Below, one piece after another: positions 1 to 8,158 of a DNA stretch of 64,000 bases. Origin of the DNA: Bacteroidales bacterium. GTDB taxonomy: Bacteria; Bacteroidota; Bacteroidia; Bacteroidales; JAUNSR01. The position numbers were made by a program, and so were the translations under genes. The stretch lies in assembly GCA_036655355.1 (NCBI GenBank), contig JAVVQG010000016.1:35333-99332 (forward strand), given 5' to 3'. Each line of letters opens with the position of its first letter. The stretch's first letter is position 1. The notes under the pieces were generated by a model. The model did not search any database, was not told the DNA's origin, and was given only the letters and a program-made list of their open reading frames with translations.

Positions 1-132
1 CTGACAGACGACGAGTCGTTCTGGAAAGGGTGCGAGAGTTGCATCAATTACGATGTTCTGAACCGTACGAATCGCAAAATGTGTCTATGTACGGGCATGC
101 TGTTCGATCCGGCTGAACATCCGGAAAAATAA
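1..132 (+). CDS. C-terminal 43 codons of an ORF truncated by the window edge; product not assignable
   Basis: Frame 1 is open from base 1 to TAA at 130-132 (LTDDESFWKGCESCINYDVLNRTNRKMCLCTGMLFDPAEHPEK*). It lies 44 bp upstream of argG on the same strand, so it is probably part of the arg operon. Confidence 0.35.
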   Translation: MTDDESFWKGCESCINYDVLNRTNRKMCLCTGMLFDPAEHPEK

Positions 133-176
133 TCCCAATAATAATCTTAAAGGAATAATCTTAAAGACATACTGAA

Positions 177-1385
177 ATGAAGGAAAAAGTAGTTTTGGCA
201 TTTAGCGGGGGGTTGGATACATCCTTCTGTGTAAAATATCTATCTGAAGAACTGGGTTATGACGTTTATACGGCAGTAGCCAATACCGGCGGATTTAGCG
301 AAGAGGAACTCGCTGCCATCGAAAAACGTGCCTATGACCTGGGTGCCGTGAAACACGCAACCTTAGACGTGACGCAGGAGTATTACGATAAGAGTATCCG
401 TTACATGGTGTTCGGAAATGTATTGCGAAACGGTACTTACCCGATCTCGGTTAGCTCCGAACGCGTTTTCCAGGCCATGGCGATCATCAACTATGCCAAA
501 GCGATCGGTGCCGATTGTGTAGCCCACGGTTCTACCGGTGCGGGTAACGATCAGGTACGCTTCGACTTAACGTTCGAGGTGCTTGCTCCCAATATCAAAA
601 TATTAACACCGACACGCGACCTTCTTCTTAGCCGCGAAGCAGAAATCGAATACCTACGCAAACACGGAGTGGAAGCCGACTACAAAAAGATGGAGTACTC
701 AATCAACAAAGGATTATGGGGTACAAGTATCGGCGGTAAAGAAACATTGCATTCAGACCAGACGTTGCCCGAATCGGCATACCCGTCGCAGTTGGAAGCA
801 ACAGGCAGTGAAACCATGACCCTTGAATTTGAGAAAGGCGAGTTGACTGCCGTTAACGGCGTGCACTACGACAATAAGATCGATGCGATCCGCAAAGTGG
901 AAGAGCTAGGCGGCAAATATGCCATCGGTCGCGACATGCATATCGGCGATACCATCATCGGAATCAAAGGACGTGTCGGTTTCGAAGCCGCTGCTCCCCT
1001 GTTGATCATCAACGCACACAAAATGTTAGAGAAGCACGTGCTTACCAAATGGCAGCAATACTGGAAAGACCAGATCGCCACAACCTACGGTATGTTCTTG
1101 CACGAAGCACAATATTTGGAGCCGGTAATGCGTGAAATGGAGGCGTACCTTGAAACTTCGCAGCGTAACGTTTCCGGAAAGGTGATCATCGAACTCAAAC
1201 CGTACCACTATACGTTGGTAGGTATCGATTCATCTTACGACCTGATGAAGTCCGATTTCGGCGAATACGGCGAAATGAACAAAGCGTGGAGCGCGGACGA
1301 CGTGAAAGGGTTTACAAAAATTCTGGGCAACCAGACCAAAATATACTATTCGGTTCAATCTAAAAACGAGGAAAAGAAGGCATGA
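177..1385 (+). CDS. argG: argininosuccinate synthase
   Basis: 402-aa ORF with ATG at 177. It has the N-terminal ATP-pyrophosphatase motif AFSGGLDTS and ArgG-like sequence throughout. It is followed by argC and argD. Confidence 0.95.
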   Translation: MKEKVVLAFSGGLDTSFCVKYLSEELGYDVYTAVANTGGFSEEELAAIEKRAYDLGAVKHATLDVTQEYYDKSIRYMVFGNVLRNGTYPISVSSERVFQAMAIINYAKAIGADCVAHGSTGAGNDQVRFDLTFEVLAPNIKILTPTRDLLLSREAEIEYLRKHGVEADYKKMEYSINKGLWGTSIGGKETLHSDQTLPESAYPSQLEATGSETMTLEFEKGELTAVNGVHYDNKIDAIRKVEELGGKYAIGRDMHIGDTIIGIKGRVGFEAAAPLLIINAHKMLEKHVLTKWQQYWKDQIATTYGMFLHEAQYLEPVMREMEAYLETSQRNVSGKVIIELKPYHYTLVGIDSSYDLMKSDFGEYGEMNKAWSADDVKGFTKILGNQTKIYYSVQSKNEEKKA

Positions 1386-2356
1386 TCAATGTAGGTATTA
1401 TCGGAGGAGCCGGCTATACGGCAGGAGAGCTGTTGAGACTACTGGTGAATCATCCCGACGTACGAATCGTTTTTGTAAACAGTACCAGCAATGCGGGCAA
1501 TCGGGTGGACGCGGTTCATTCGGGACTGTTCGGCGAAACGGAGTTGCTCTTTACGGATCAGACTCCTTTCGATCAGATCGACCTGCTTTATTTCTGTACT
1601 GCGCACGGCGATACCAAGAAGTTCATGGACGCTCACGGCGCCGAACTTCCGGAATCGTTGAAAATCATCGACCTGTCGACAGATTACCGTATGGAATCGG
1701 ACGAACACGATTTCGTGTACGGATTGCCTGAGATGAATCGGAAAAAGCTGGTTCGCGCCAACCGTGTGGCGAATCCGGGTTGTTTCGCTACCGCTATCCA
1801 GTTGGCTTTGCTGCCGCTGGCTAAAAACGGACTGTTGAAAGACGCGGTACACATCAACGGAATCACCGGATCGACCGGGGCGGGACAGCGACCAACCGAA
1901 ACAACGCATTACAGCTGGCGAAACGACAATATCTCGGTTTACAAAGCCTTCAATCATCAGCATCTGAATGAAATCGGACAAACCATCCGCCAACTGCAGC
2001 CTGAATTTAAGGGCGAGGTAAATTTTATTCCCGTGCGCGGATGTTTTGCAAGAGGCATCTTTGTGACAGCGTATACCAAATGCGACCTGCCTTTGGAAGA
2101 GGTGAAGGAGCTTTACCGCGATGCGTATTCAGATCACTCGTTCACCTTCATTACCGATAAGAATCCCGACCTGAAACAGGTGGTGAATACCAACAAGGCA
2201 CTCATCTATCTGGAGAAGTCGGGCGACAACCTGCTGATCATCTCCTGCATCGACAACTTGTTGAAGGGAGCTTCGGGTCAGGCGGTACACAATATGAACC
2301 TGCTTTTCGGACTTACCGAAACAACAGGTTTGAATCTGAAACCAATGGGATTTTAA
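1382..2356 (+). CDS. argC: N-acetyl-gamma-glutamyl-phosphate reductase
   Basis: 324 aa with an N-terminal Rossmann motif (IIGGAGYTAGELLRLL) and the active-site Cys region NPGCFATA. The start overlaps the argG stop (ATGA at 1382-1385). Confidence 0.93.
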   Translation: MINVGIIGGAGYTAGELLRLLVNHPDVRIVFVNSTSNAGNRVDAVHSGLFGETELLFTDQTPFDQIDLLYFCTAHGDTKKFMDAHGAELPESLKIIDLSTDYRMESDEHDFVYGLPEMNRKKLVRANRVANPGCFATAIQLALLPLAKNGLLKDAVHINGITGSTGAGQRPTETTHYSWRNDNISVYKAFNHQHLNEIGQTIRQLQPEFKGEVNFIPVRGCFARGIFVTAYTKCDLPLEEVKELYRDAYSDHSFTFITDKNPDLKQVVNTNKALIYLEKSGDNLLIISCIDNLLKGASGQAVHNMNLLFGLTETTGLNLKPMGF

Positions 2357-2360
2357 TACG

Positions 2361-3497
2361 ATGAATCTATTTGACGTTTATCCGTTATTCGATATAGAGA
2401 TAGAAAAAGGGAAGGGGTGTCACGTTTATGATGCCGCCGGAACCGAATACCTCGACCTTTACGGGGGGCATGCGGTGATTTCCGTAGGTCACGGTCACCC
2501 GCACTACCTGCAAGCGTTGGCTGATCAGGCACAGAAATTGGTGTTTTATTCGAACTCCATTCAGAATCCGCTTCAGCAGAAGCTGGCAGATAAATTAGGG
2601 AAAATCTCCGGTTACGACGATTATGCCCTGTTTCTGATCAACTCGGGAGCCGAAGCAAACGAGAATGCATTGAAATTGGCCTCTTTCCATACGGGCAAGA
2701 AGAAAGTGATCGCTTTTAACAAGGCGTTTCACGGACGCACGTCGGCAGCGGTGAACATTACGGATAATCCGAGCATCGTTTCGCCGATCAATGACACGTT
2801 TCCCGTTTCGTTCCTACCGATGAATGACATCGACGCAGTACGGGGAGAACTTGCAAAAGGTGATGTTTGTGCCGTAGTGATTGAAGGCATCACGGGTGTG
2901 GGCGGTATTCAGATACCACAGGAGCAGTTTCTTCGCGATTTGCGTGAGGAGACCACCAAACACGGAGTAGTGCTTATCCTGGATGAGATCCAGTCCGGAT
3001 ACGGACGCAGCGGAAAGTTTTTCGCCCATCAATATGCGGGGATCAAACCCGATCTGATCACTTGTGCAAAAGGGATCGCCAACGGTTTTCCGTTTGCAGC
3101 GGTGTTGATCAGTCCCCTGTTTACCCCGAAATACGGCCTTCTGGGAACTACGTTCGGCGGAAACCACCTGGGGTGTGCGGCTGCAATCGCCGTCTTGGAT
3201 ATTATCGAACAGGAGAATTTGGTTGAGAATGCCGCTAAAGTGGGCGGTTACCTCATCGAACAGCTGAAGGCGATGAATATTCCGGGCATCAAAGAGATTC
3301 GTGGCAAAGGTCTGATGATCGGTATTGAGTTTAAAGAATCGGCAAAGGAGATCCGTACGAAACTACTTTTCGAACAGAAAGTGTTTACCGGTGCGGCCGG
3401 TACGACGGTGATCCGTCTACTGCCTCCGCTTACCCTTACCATCGAGGAAGCGGATGAATTCCTGAACCGCTTTAAAAAGGTACTTGAATTGAACTAA
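2361..3497 (+). CDS. argD: acetyl/succinyl-ornithine aminotransferase (class III PLP aminotransferase)
   Basis: 378 aa with motifs LILDEIQSGYGRSGKFFA and the PLP-lysine region DLITCAKGIANG. It sits in arg operon context. Confidence 0.9.
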   Translation: MNLFDVYPLFDIEIEKGKGCHVYDAAGTEYLDLYGGHAVISVGHGHPHYLQALADQAQKLVFYSNSIQNPLQQKLADKLGKISGYDDYALFLINSGAEANENALKLASFHTGKKKVIAFNKAFHGRTSAAVNITDNPSIVSPINDTFPVSFLPMNDIDAVRGELAKGDVCAVVIEGITGVGGIQIPQEQFLRDLREETTKHGVVLILDEIQSGYGRSGKFFAHQYAGIKPDLITCAKGIANGFPFAAVLISPLFTPKYGLLGTTFGGNHLGCAAAIAVLDIIEQENLVENAAKVGGYLIEQLKAMNIPGIKEIRGKGLMIGIEFKESAKEIRTKLLFEQKVFTGAAGTTVIRLLPPLTLTIEEADEFLNRFKKVLELN

Positions 3498-3565
3498 GAA
3501 AAAATAACATGCTGCGGTAGCTCCGGGTCGTTTGATTTGGGAGAAGCCATAGATTAAAGAGAAAG

Positions 3566-3611
3566 AGGCTGTCTGAAAACACATTGTTTTTAGGCAGCCT
3601 TTTTGTTGTTT
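3566..3611 (+). terminator. rho-independent terminator candidate after argD
   Basis: AGGCTG (3566-3571) pairs with CAGCCT (3595-3600) and is followed by TTTTGTTGTTT. Confidence 0.6.
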
Positions 3612-3769
3612 CATTCCGAGAAGCATTACATATGAATCTTCAGAGCACTATAAAGGTATAAAAAGAGAGGAGTATGTGATAACAAGGAACCCGTTTAATT
3701 GCTTATTTTTATACTTCCTTTTTGATTCCGGAGTCACTATCCACACATAGGGGCTTAAAAAACAATGCA

Positions 3770-4348
3770 ATGAATCAGTTTACAGAAAATATACGTTCGG
3801 TTTATCCCGTTTCAGACGAAGCCATAAAATTACTTTTTGACTCATCCCGATTAATGACTTTTCCCAAAGGAGCTACCGTTATATCCGAGGGCGACGCCAA
3901 TAATAAAATATATCTTCTGAAGGAGGGATTCAGCCGTGCATTCGTCAATCGGGAGGGGAAAGATGTTACCGTATGGTTTTCTTTTCCGGGAGAACCCCTG
4001 TTAATGATTTTGGGTACTATCTCACCTGCCGTTTCGCTTGTCAATGTAGAAACACTCGAAGAAAGCAGCGTGTTGGTGCTTGAGCGTACGGAAATGGAGC
4101 GACTATTCCGTCAAAATCTAGAACTGTGTAATTGGGGGCGTTTGCTCGCCGACAAATACCTGCTCATGCTTGAGGAGTTCGTGACCATTGATTTGTGTAT
4201 ACCCGCAAGTGAGCGTTACCTGCGTCTGATGAAAAACATTCCCGAACTGCTCCATAAAGCTTCCCTCAAGCACGTCGCATCGTATCTACTGATCACTCCG
4301 GAATCACTCAGTCGCATCCGAAGTCGCATCCGTAATAAGAAGAAATAA
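3770..4348 (+). CDS. Crp/Fnr family transcriptional regulator (cNMP-binding domain plus C-terminal HTH)
   Basis: The ORF track starts at an alternative codon at 3722. The first in-frame ATG is at 3770 (MNQFTENIRS...). The beta-roll cNMP-like region is KGATVISEGDANNKIYLLKEGFSRAF, and the C-terminal HTH region is KHVASYLLITPESLSRIR. Confidence 0.8.
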   Translation: MNQFTENIRSVYPVSDEAIKLLFDSSRLMTFPKGATVISEGDANNKIYLLKEGFSRAFVNREGKDVTVWFSFPGEPLLMILGTISPAVSLVNVETLEESSVLVLERTEMERLFRQNLELCNWGRLLADKYLLMLEEFVTIDLCIPASERYLRLMKNIPELLHKASLKHVASYLLITPESLSRIRSRIRNKKK

Positions 4349-5707
4349 CTATTTTTTCTTGTCGTATACGAAAATAGCCAAGAAAACCGCCAATCCCATT
4401 AAATCGGCGCAACCTACCGAAAGCCAGATGCCTGCCACTCCCCATAGAGTGGGTAGCAGCATGAATGTTGTAACCGGAAATATCACTCCGCGAAGGGTTG
4501 ATACGGTGGTAGCCACCCGCGAGCGCTCCGTACTTTGATAATAGCTTATGGCTGCAATGTTGAGCAGGAAAAATAAAAATCCCAATGCAAACAGCGGCAT
4601 CCCCTCTACGGCAATGGCAAATGCTTTCTCTCCGGGAGAGAGAAACAGTGAAATAATTTGCCGCCCAAAAATCATCATCACACCGGTGATAACGATTCCA
4701 AAAACGGTGGCTGTGAGAAATGTGAGCCGCACGGCCTTGCGAATCCTACTTTTGTCGCCTAATCCGTGATTATAGCTGATAATTGGCTGTGCCGACTGTC
4801 CGATTGCATTACTAATCATAAATACCAACGGATAGCAATAACAAGCCACACTAAATGCTGCCACCCCTTCTTCGCCTAGCATCCGCACAAATACATAATT
4901 GCCGACAAACATCATTACCGCCACGGCAAGCTCACCAAACAGTGCCGACGATCCCAACTCAATGTGCCATCCGATATTGCGCGCCATCTGTTTCAATAAT
5001 CGCAAATCGGGACGCCAAACGAACCTTATTTTCAGTAATCGCGCTCCCAATAGCAGGTAGGCAATTACCATCACACCTCCCGAAGCAAACCCGATTGCCG
5101 TAGCGATAGCCGCTCCCTTCAGTCCCATCCCCAACGGAAAGATAAATACATAATCGAGCACGATGTTGATAAATGCGGGTATTACACTGCATAACATCGC
5201 ATAGCGAGGCGATCCGTCGAGCCGGATAACGAACATCCCCACATTCATCAACAACAGAAACGGAAAGCCGCCGGCGATATAATATAGATAATTTACGGCC
5301 AAAGGGCGCAGCCGTTCGGTTGCTCCCAACAAATTGGCCACTTCTCCACTCACACTTACCATCAACAGTGACAACACGCCCATGAAAATGGTAAATACAA
5401 TGATTGATTGGCTCATGTGCATCATCGCCCCAAACATCTTTCCTTTGGCCATCTGGAGCGAAACGGCAATCGAGCACCCAATGCCTGCCATCAGTGCCAC
5501 TCCTGTGACAATCATAAAAAGCGGAGCGATAATATTGATCGCGGCCAGGGCATCACTCCCGACTCCTTGTCCCACAAAAATCCCATCGGCAATCGTTAAC
5601 GATACGCCTGCTATCATCCCCAACAGGGTCGGGATGAAAATTTTCCTGAATAGTTTTGTTACTTCTGTCTTCCCGAAATCGAGTTCTTCCGATACTGGTT
5701 GTTGCAT
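4349..5707 (-). CDS. MATE family efflux transporter
   Basis: Polytopic membrane protein of about 450 aa with MATE-like N-terminus DFGKTEVTKLFRKIFIPTLLGMI. The longest ORF starts at GTG at 5752. I prefer the in-frame ATG at 5705-5707 (MQQPVSEE...). Confidence 0.8.
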   Translation of the reverse strand: MQQPVSEELDFGKTEVTKLFRKIFIPTLLGMIAGVSLTIADGIFVGQGVGSDALAAINIIAPLFMIVTGVALMAGIGCSIAVSLQMAKGKMFGAMMHMSQSIIVFTIFMGVLSLLMVSVSGEVANLLGATERLRPLAVNYLYYIAGGFPFLLLMNVGMFVIRLDGSPRYAMLCSVIPAFINIVLDYVFIFPLGMGLKGAAIATAIGFASGGVMVIAYLLLGARLLKIRFVWRPDLRLLKQMARNIGWHIELGSSALFGELAVAVMMFVGNYVFVRMLGEEGVAAFSVACYCYPLVFMISNAIGQSAQPIISYNHGLGDKSRIRKAVRLTFLTATVFGIVITGVMMIFGRQIISLFLSPGEKAFAIAVEGMPLFALGFLFFLLNIAAISYYQSTERSRVATTVSTLRGVIFPVTTFMLLPTLWGVAGIWLSVGCADLMGLAVFLAIFVYDKKK

Positions 5708-5875
5708 TTTTATATCTCTTTTTTTGAGTTGTCCCGACTCGATGTGAGTCACGACGATGATTCGGATGCAAAATTAACGGGAAGGTGTGGGCTGAAAATT
5801 GATGTAAGTTAAGAAATGGGGCGGTAGCATGGGAATAAGGTAAATGGCAGGGCGAATTTTTTATTTAAACAAAGG

Positions 5876-5906
5876 AAGGTCTGCCTCTTTGGAAGACAGA
5901 CCTTTT
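5876..5906. other. orphan stem-loop (terminator-like) in a 536-bp gene-free gap
   Basis: AAGGTCTG (5876-5883) pairs with CAGACCTT (5897-5904), followed by TT. No upstream co-oriented CDS is present. Confidence 0.3.
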
Positions 5907-6165
5907 AAGAAAATTGCTGCTAAGCGAGAGATTTTCCCTTAATCTATGTTTAATCAACTGTAATAAAGTTATAATATTTCCGGCTATTTTAAAAATAAAT
6001 TGAAAGAAAAAACAGGGTAAAAGATATAAATATGTTCAAAAACTTTATTTCAAAGCGGAAGAATGCCTTTCTGTACTTTCGGGATTTCACTGTTTTCTTC
6101 CAAATCGACCAATTCGTTTAAAGATGAAGTTCTGTTTTGGAACTAACCGAATTTCACCTACCTTT

Positions 6166-6225
6166 ATAACAAGGATAATCCATCTATGACAAGGATAATC
6201 CTTCTATAACAAGGATAATCCTTCC
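6166..6225. repeat. three tandem 20-bp repeats, each containing GGATnATCC
   Basis: ATAACAAGGATAATCCATCT / ATGACAAGGATAATCCTTCT / ATAACAAGGATAATCCTTCC. The array ends 64 bp upstream of the proC ATG. Confidence 0.9.
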
Positions 6226-6288
6226 GTTGAAGTTCGCGATAACGGAATTGCGAATTTGCAGTTCGCGTAAACATTAAACCAAATAAAA

Positions 6289-7083
6289 ATGAAGATAACC
6301 ATTATCGGTGCCGGAAACATGGGCGGGGCAATAGCCCGAGGCTTGGCACAGGGAACTATTTTTAATGAGAAAGACATTACGGTGACGGCACGTTCCGGAA
6401 AAACGCTTCAGGCACTTCAGTCGGCTAATCCCGGATTTATCGTATCGATGGATAATGCCGAAGCGATTAAAGATGCCGATATCGTACTGCTTGCCGTAAA
6501 ACCGTGGTTGTTGGAATCGGTGATCGATCAGATCCGACACACACTGAATCTCAAAAAACAAATTATTCTCTCCGTCGTGGCTGCGGTAAGTTTTGCGGAT
6601 CTTCAGAAAATGCTCTGCGGTGATGAAACCTTTTCGCCTGTTCTATTCCGGATCATTCCCAATACGGCGGTTGCCGTTCGGCAGAGTATGACGATCATTT
6701 CTGCTAAAAATGCGACCATCGAACAAACCAACCTAATCAAATCTATTTTTGACGAGTTGGGCGAATCGGCCGTTGTGGAGGAAAACCTCATGGGGGCGGC
6801 GACAGCTCTTTGCTCTTGTGGAATCGCTTTTGCGTACAAATACATACAGGCAAATATCAATGGGGCCGTCGAACTGGGACTCTATCCCGATCAAGCACGA
6901 AAAATGATTACACAGACCCTGCGCGGGGCCGCTGATCTGATGGATGCCAACGATAGCATGCCCGAAGCGGAGATCTTTAAGGTTACCACTCCCGGCGGAA
7001 TCACCATCAAAGGGCTCAATGAGATGGATGCCAACGGATTCTCAACGGCGGTGGTGAAAGCATTAAAGGTAAGTACGAAATGA
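6289..7083 (+). CDS. proC: pyrroline-5-carboxylate reductase
   Basis: 264 aa with Rossmann motif IIGAGNMGGAI and C-terminal P5CR motif VTTPGGITIKGL. Confidence 0.92.
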   Translation: MKITIIGAGNMGGAIARGLAQGTIFNEKDITVTARSGKTLQALQSANPGFIVSMDNAEAIKDADIVLLAVKPWLLESVIDQIRHTLNLKKQIILSVVAAVSFADLQKMLCGDETFSPVLFRIIPNTAVAVRQSMTIISAKNATIEQTNLIKSIFDELGESAVVEENLMGAATALCSCGIAFAYKYIQANINGAVELGLYPDQARKMITQTLRGAADLMDANDSMPEAEIFKVTTPGGITIKGLNEMDANGFSTAVVKALKVSTK

Positions 7084-7919
7084 AAGAATTTGAAGAATAT
7101 ATTCGTCAAGGCGAACCTCAGAAGTGTGAGAAAGTCAATGCGTGGCAGACTGCTATTGGCTTGCAGGCAGTCGACGGTCTGAATACTTCAGACTATTTGA
7201 TTGAGACCGCCAAGCATCATATTGAAGGGGATATCACTATAGAGGAAGCCAAACAGTTGATAGATAGTTATTATCAGTCAAAAAGCATCGTTTCTCCAAA
7301 TGATAGTAGAACCGAAGAGGCGGATAAAGTAGCAGCGCGTATAACCGAAATACTTTCTGAAAATTCATTCAATTTCTCTCCTATCGAGTATATCAGTATC
7401 CACAAGCGACTTTTTGAAGGTATCTATCCGTTTGCCGGTATTCTTAGAGATTATAACATCTCAAAGAAGGAGTGGGTATTGAGGGGTGAAACTGTAATTT
7501 ACAGCAATGCAAGGAACCTAAAGGAGACGTTGGAGTATGATTTTGATCAAGAGAAGAAATTTAGTTATCGGGGGATCGGCTTACAAAAAACCATAGCGCA
7601 TTTAGCGCGGTTTGTGGCAGATTTATGGCAAATACATCCATTTGGTGAGGGTAATACGCGCACAACTGCGCTTTTTACAATTAAATATCTCCGTACGCTC
7701 GGTTTTGATATCCATAATGATCAGTTTGCCGCCAATTCGTGGTATTTCCGGAATGCCCTAGTACGTGCTAATTATAACGATATCAAGGCGGGTGTGTATG
7801 CGACTTCGGAGTACTTGGAGCTCTTTTTTAGAAATCTATTGATGGATGAACACCATCTGCTCAGAAACCGTAATCTGCTTATTCCGAATCAAGACGAGAA
7901 ACAGGTCGGTTTGACCTAA
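7080..7919 (+). CDS. Fic/DOC family protein
   Basis: 279 aa with the Fic core motif HPFGEGNTRTTA at 7635-7670 (canonical form HxFx[DE]GNGRxxR). The start overlaps the proC stop (ATGA). Confidence 0.85.
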   Translation: MKEFEEYIRQGEPQKCEKVNAWQTAIGLQAVDGLNTSDYLIETAKHHIEGDITIEEAKQLIDSYYQSKSIVSPNDSRTEEADKVAARITEILSENSFNFSPIEYISIHKRLFEGIYPFAGILRDYNISKKEWVLRGETVIYSNARNLKETLEYDFDQEKKFSYRGIGLQKTIAHLARFVADLWQIHPFGEGNTRTTALFTIKYLRTLGFDIHNDQFAANSWYFRNALVRANYNDIKAGVYATSEYLELFFRNLLMDEHHLLRNRNLLIPNQDEKQVGLT

Positions 7920-8012
7920 TTCCTCTCCAATGTAGCGAGGGATGCTGTAAATGACATTGTAAAATCGATTTCGAATCATCCAACGATAACCCTAAACGAG
8001 GAGGTATATCAT

Positions 8013-8051
8013 TGTCCAATATTTTGACGGTAAATGTCTAAATATTGGACA
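8013..8051. promoter_or_regulatory. paired TGTC-N9-GAC sites (candidate enhancer/UAS for the sigma-54 activator)
   Basis: TGTCCAATATTTTGAC lies at 8013-8028 and TGTCTAAATATTGGACA at 8035-8051. They are embedded in a perfect 14-bp inverted repeat (ATTGTCCAATATTT at 8011-8024 and AAATATTGGACAAT at 8040-8053). The sites end 56 bp upstream of the -24 element. Confidence 0.55.
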
Positions 8052-8106
8052 ATTGTTGTTTTATGCTGTTTTTGTAAACTGCCTATTATCAATAATATAG
8101 TGGTTG

Positions 8107-8122
8107 TGGCACGCCTTTTGCA
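8107..8122 (+). promoter_or_regulatory. sigma-54 (-24/-12) promoter
   Basis: TGGCACGCCTTTTGCA matches the consensus TGGCACG-N4-TTGCW exactly. It lies 37 bp upstream of the ATG at 8159. Confidence 0.8.
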
Positions 8123-8158
8123 ATCCGGAAGTAGAAACATACAGTAAAGAAGATACAA

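Noticed and set aside
131-170. A short direct repeat AATAATCTTAAAG x2 just upstream of argG, considered as an ArgR operator.
   Set aside because: It is only two short AT-rich copies within a likely intra-operon spacer. I cannot match it to a known ARG-box from memory, so the support is too weak to call.
3722-3769. Upstream extensions from non-ATG starts in the ORF track, at 3722, 21863, 23511, 24433, 60970 and 62433, and also at 5752, 53539 and 57814 on the minus strand.
   Set aside because: The extensions precede a signal peptide, a lipobox or the conserved family N-terminus, or would overlap the preceding gene. The first in-frame ATG gives the expected N-terminus. The start choices remain uncertain without experimental data.
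6032-6121. A 29-codon ORF (MFKNFISKRKNAFLYFRDFTVFFQIDQFV) in the gap upstream of proC.
   Set aside because: It is too short, AT-rich and without any supporting signal. It is mentioned only because the gap is otherwise empty.
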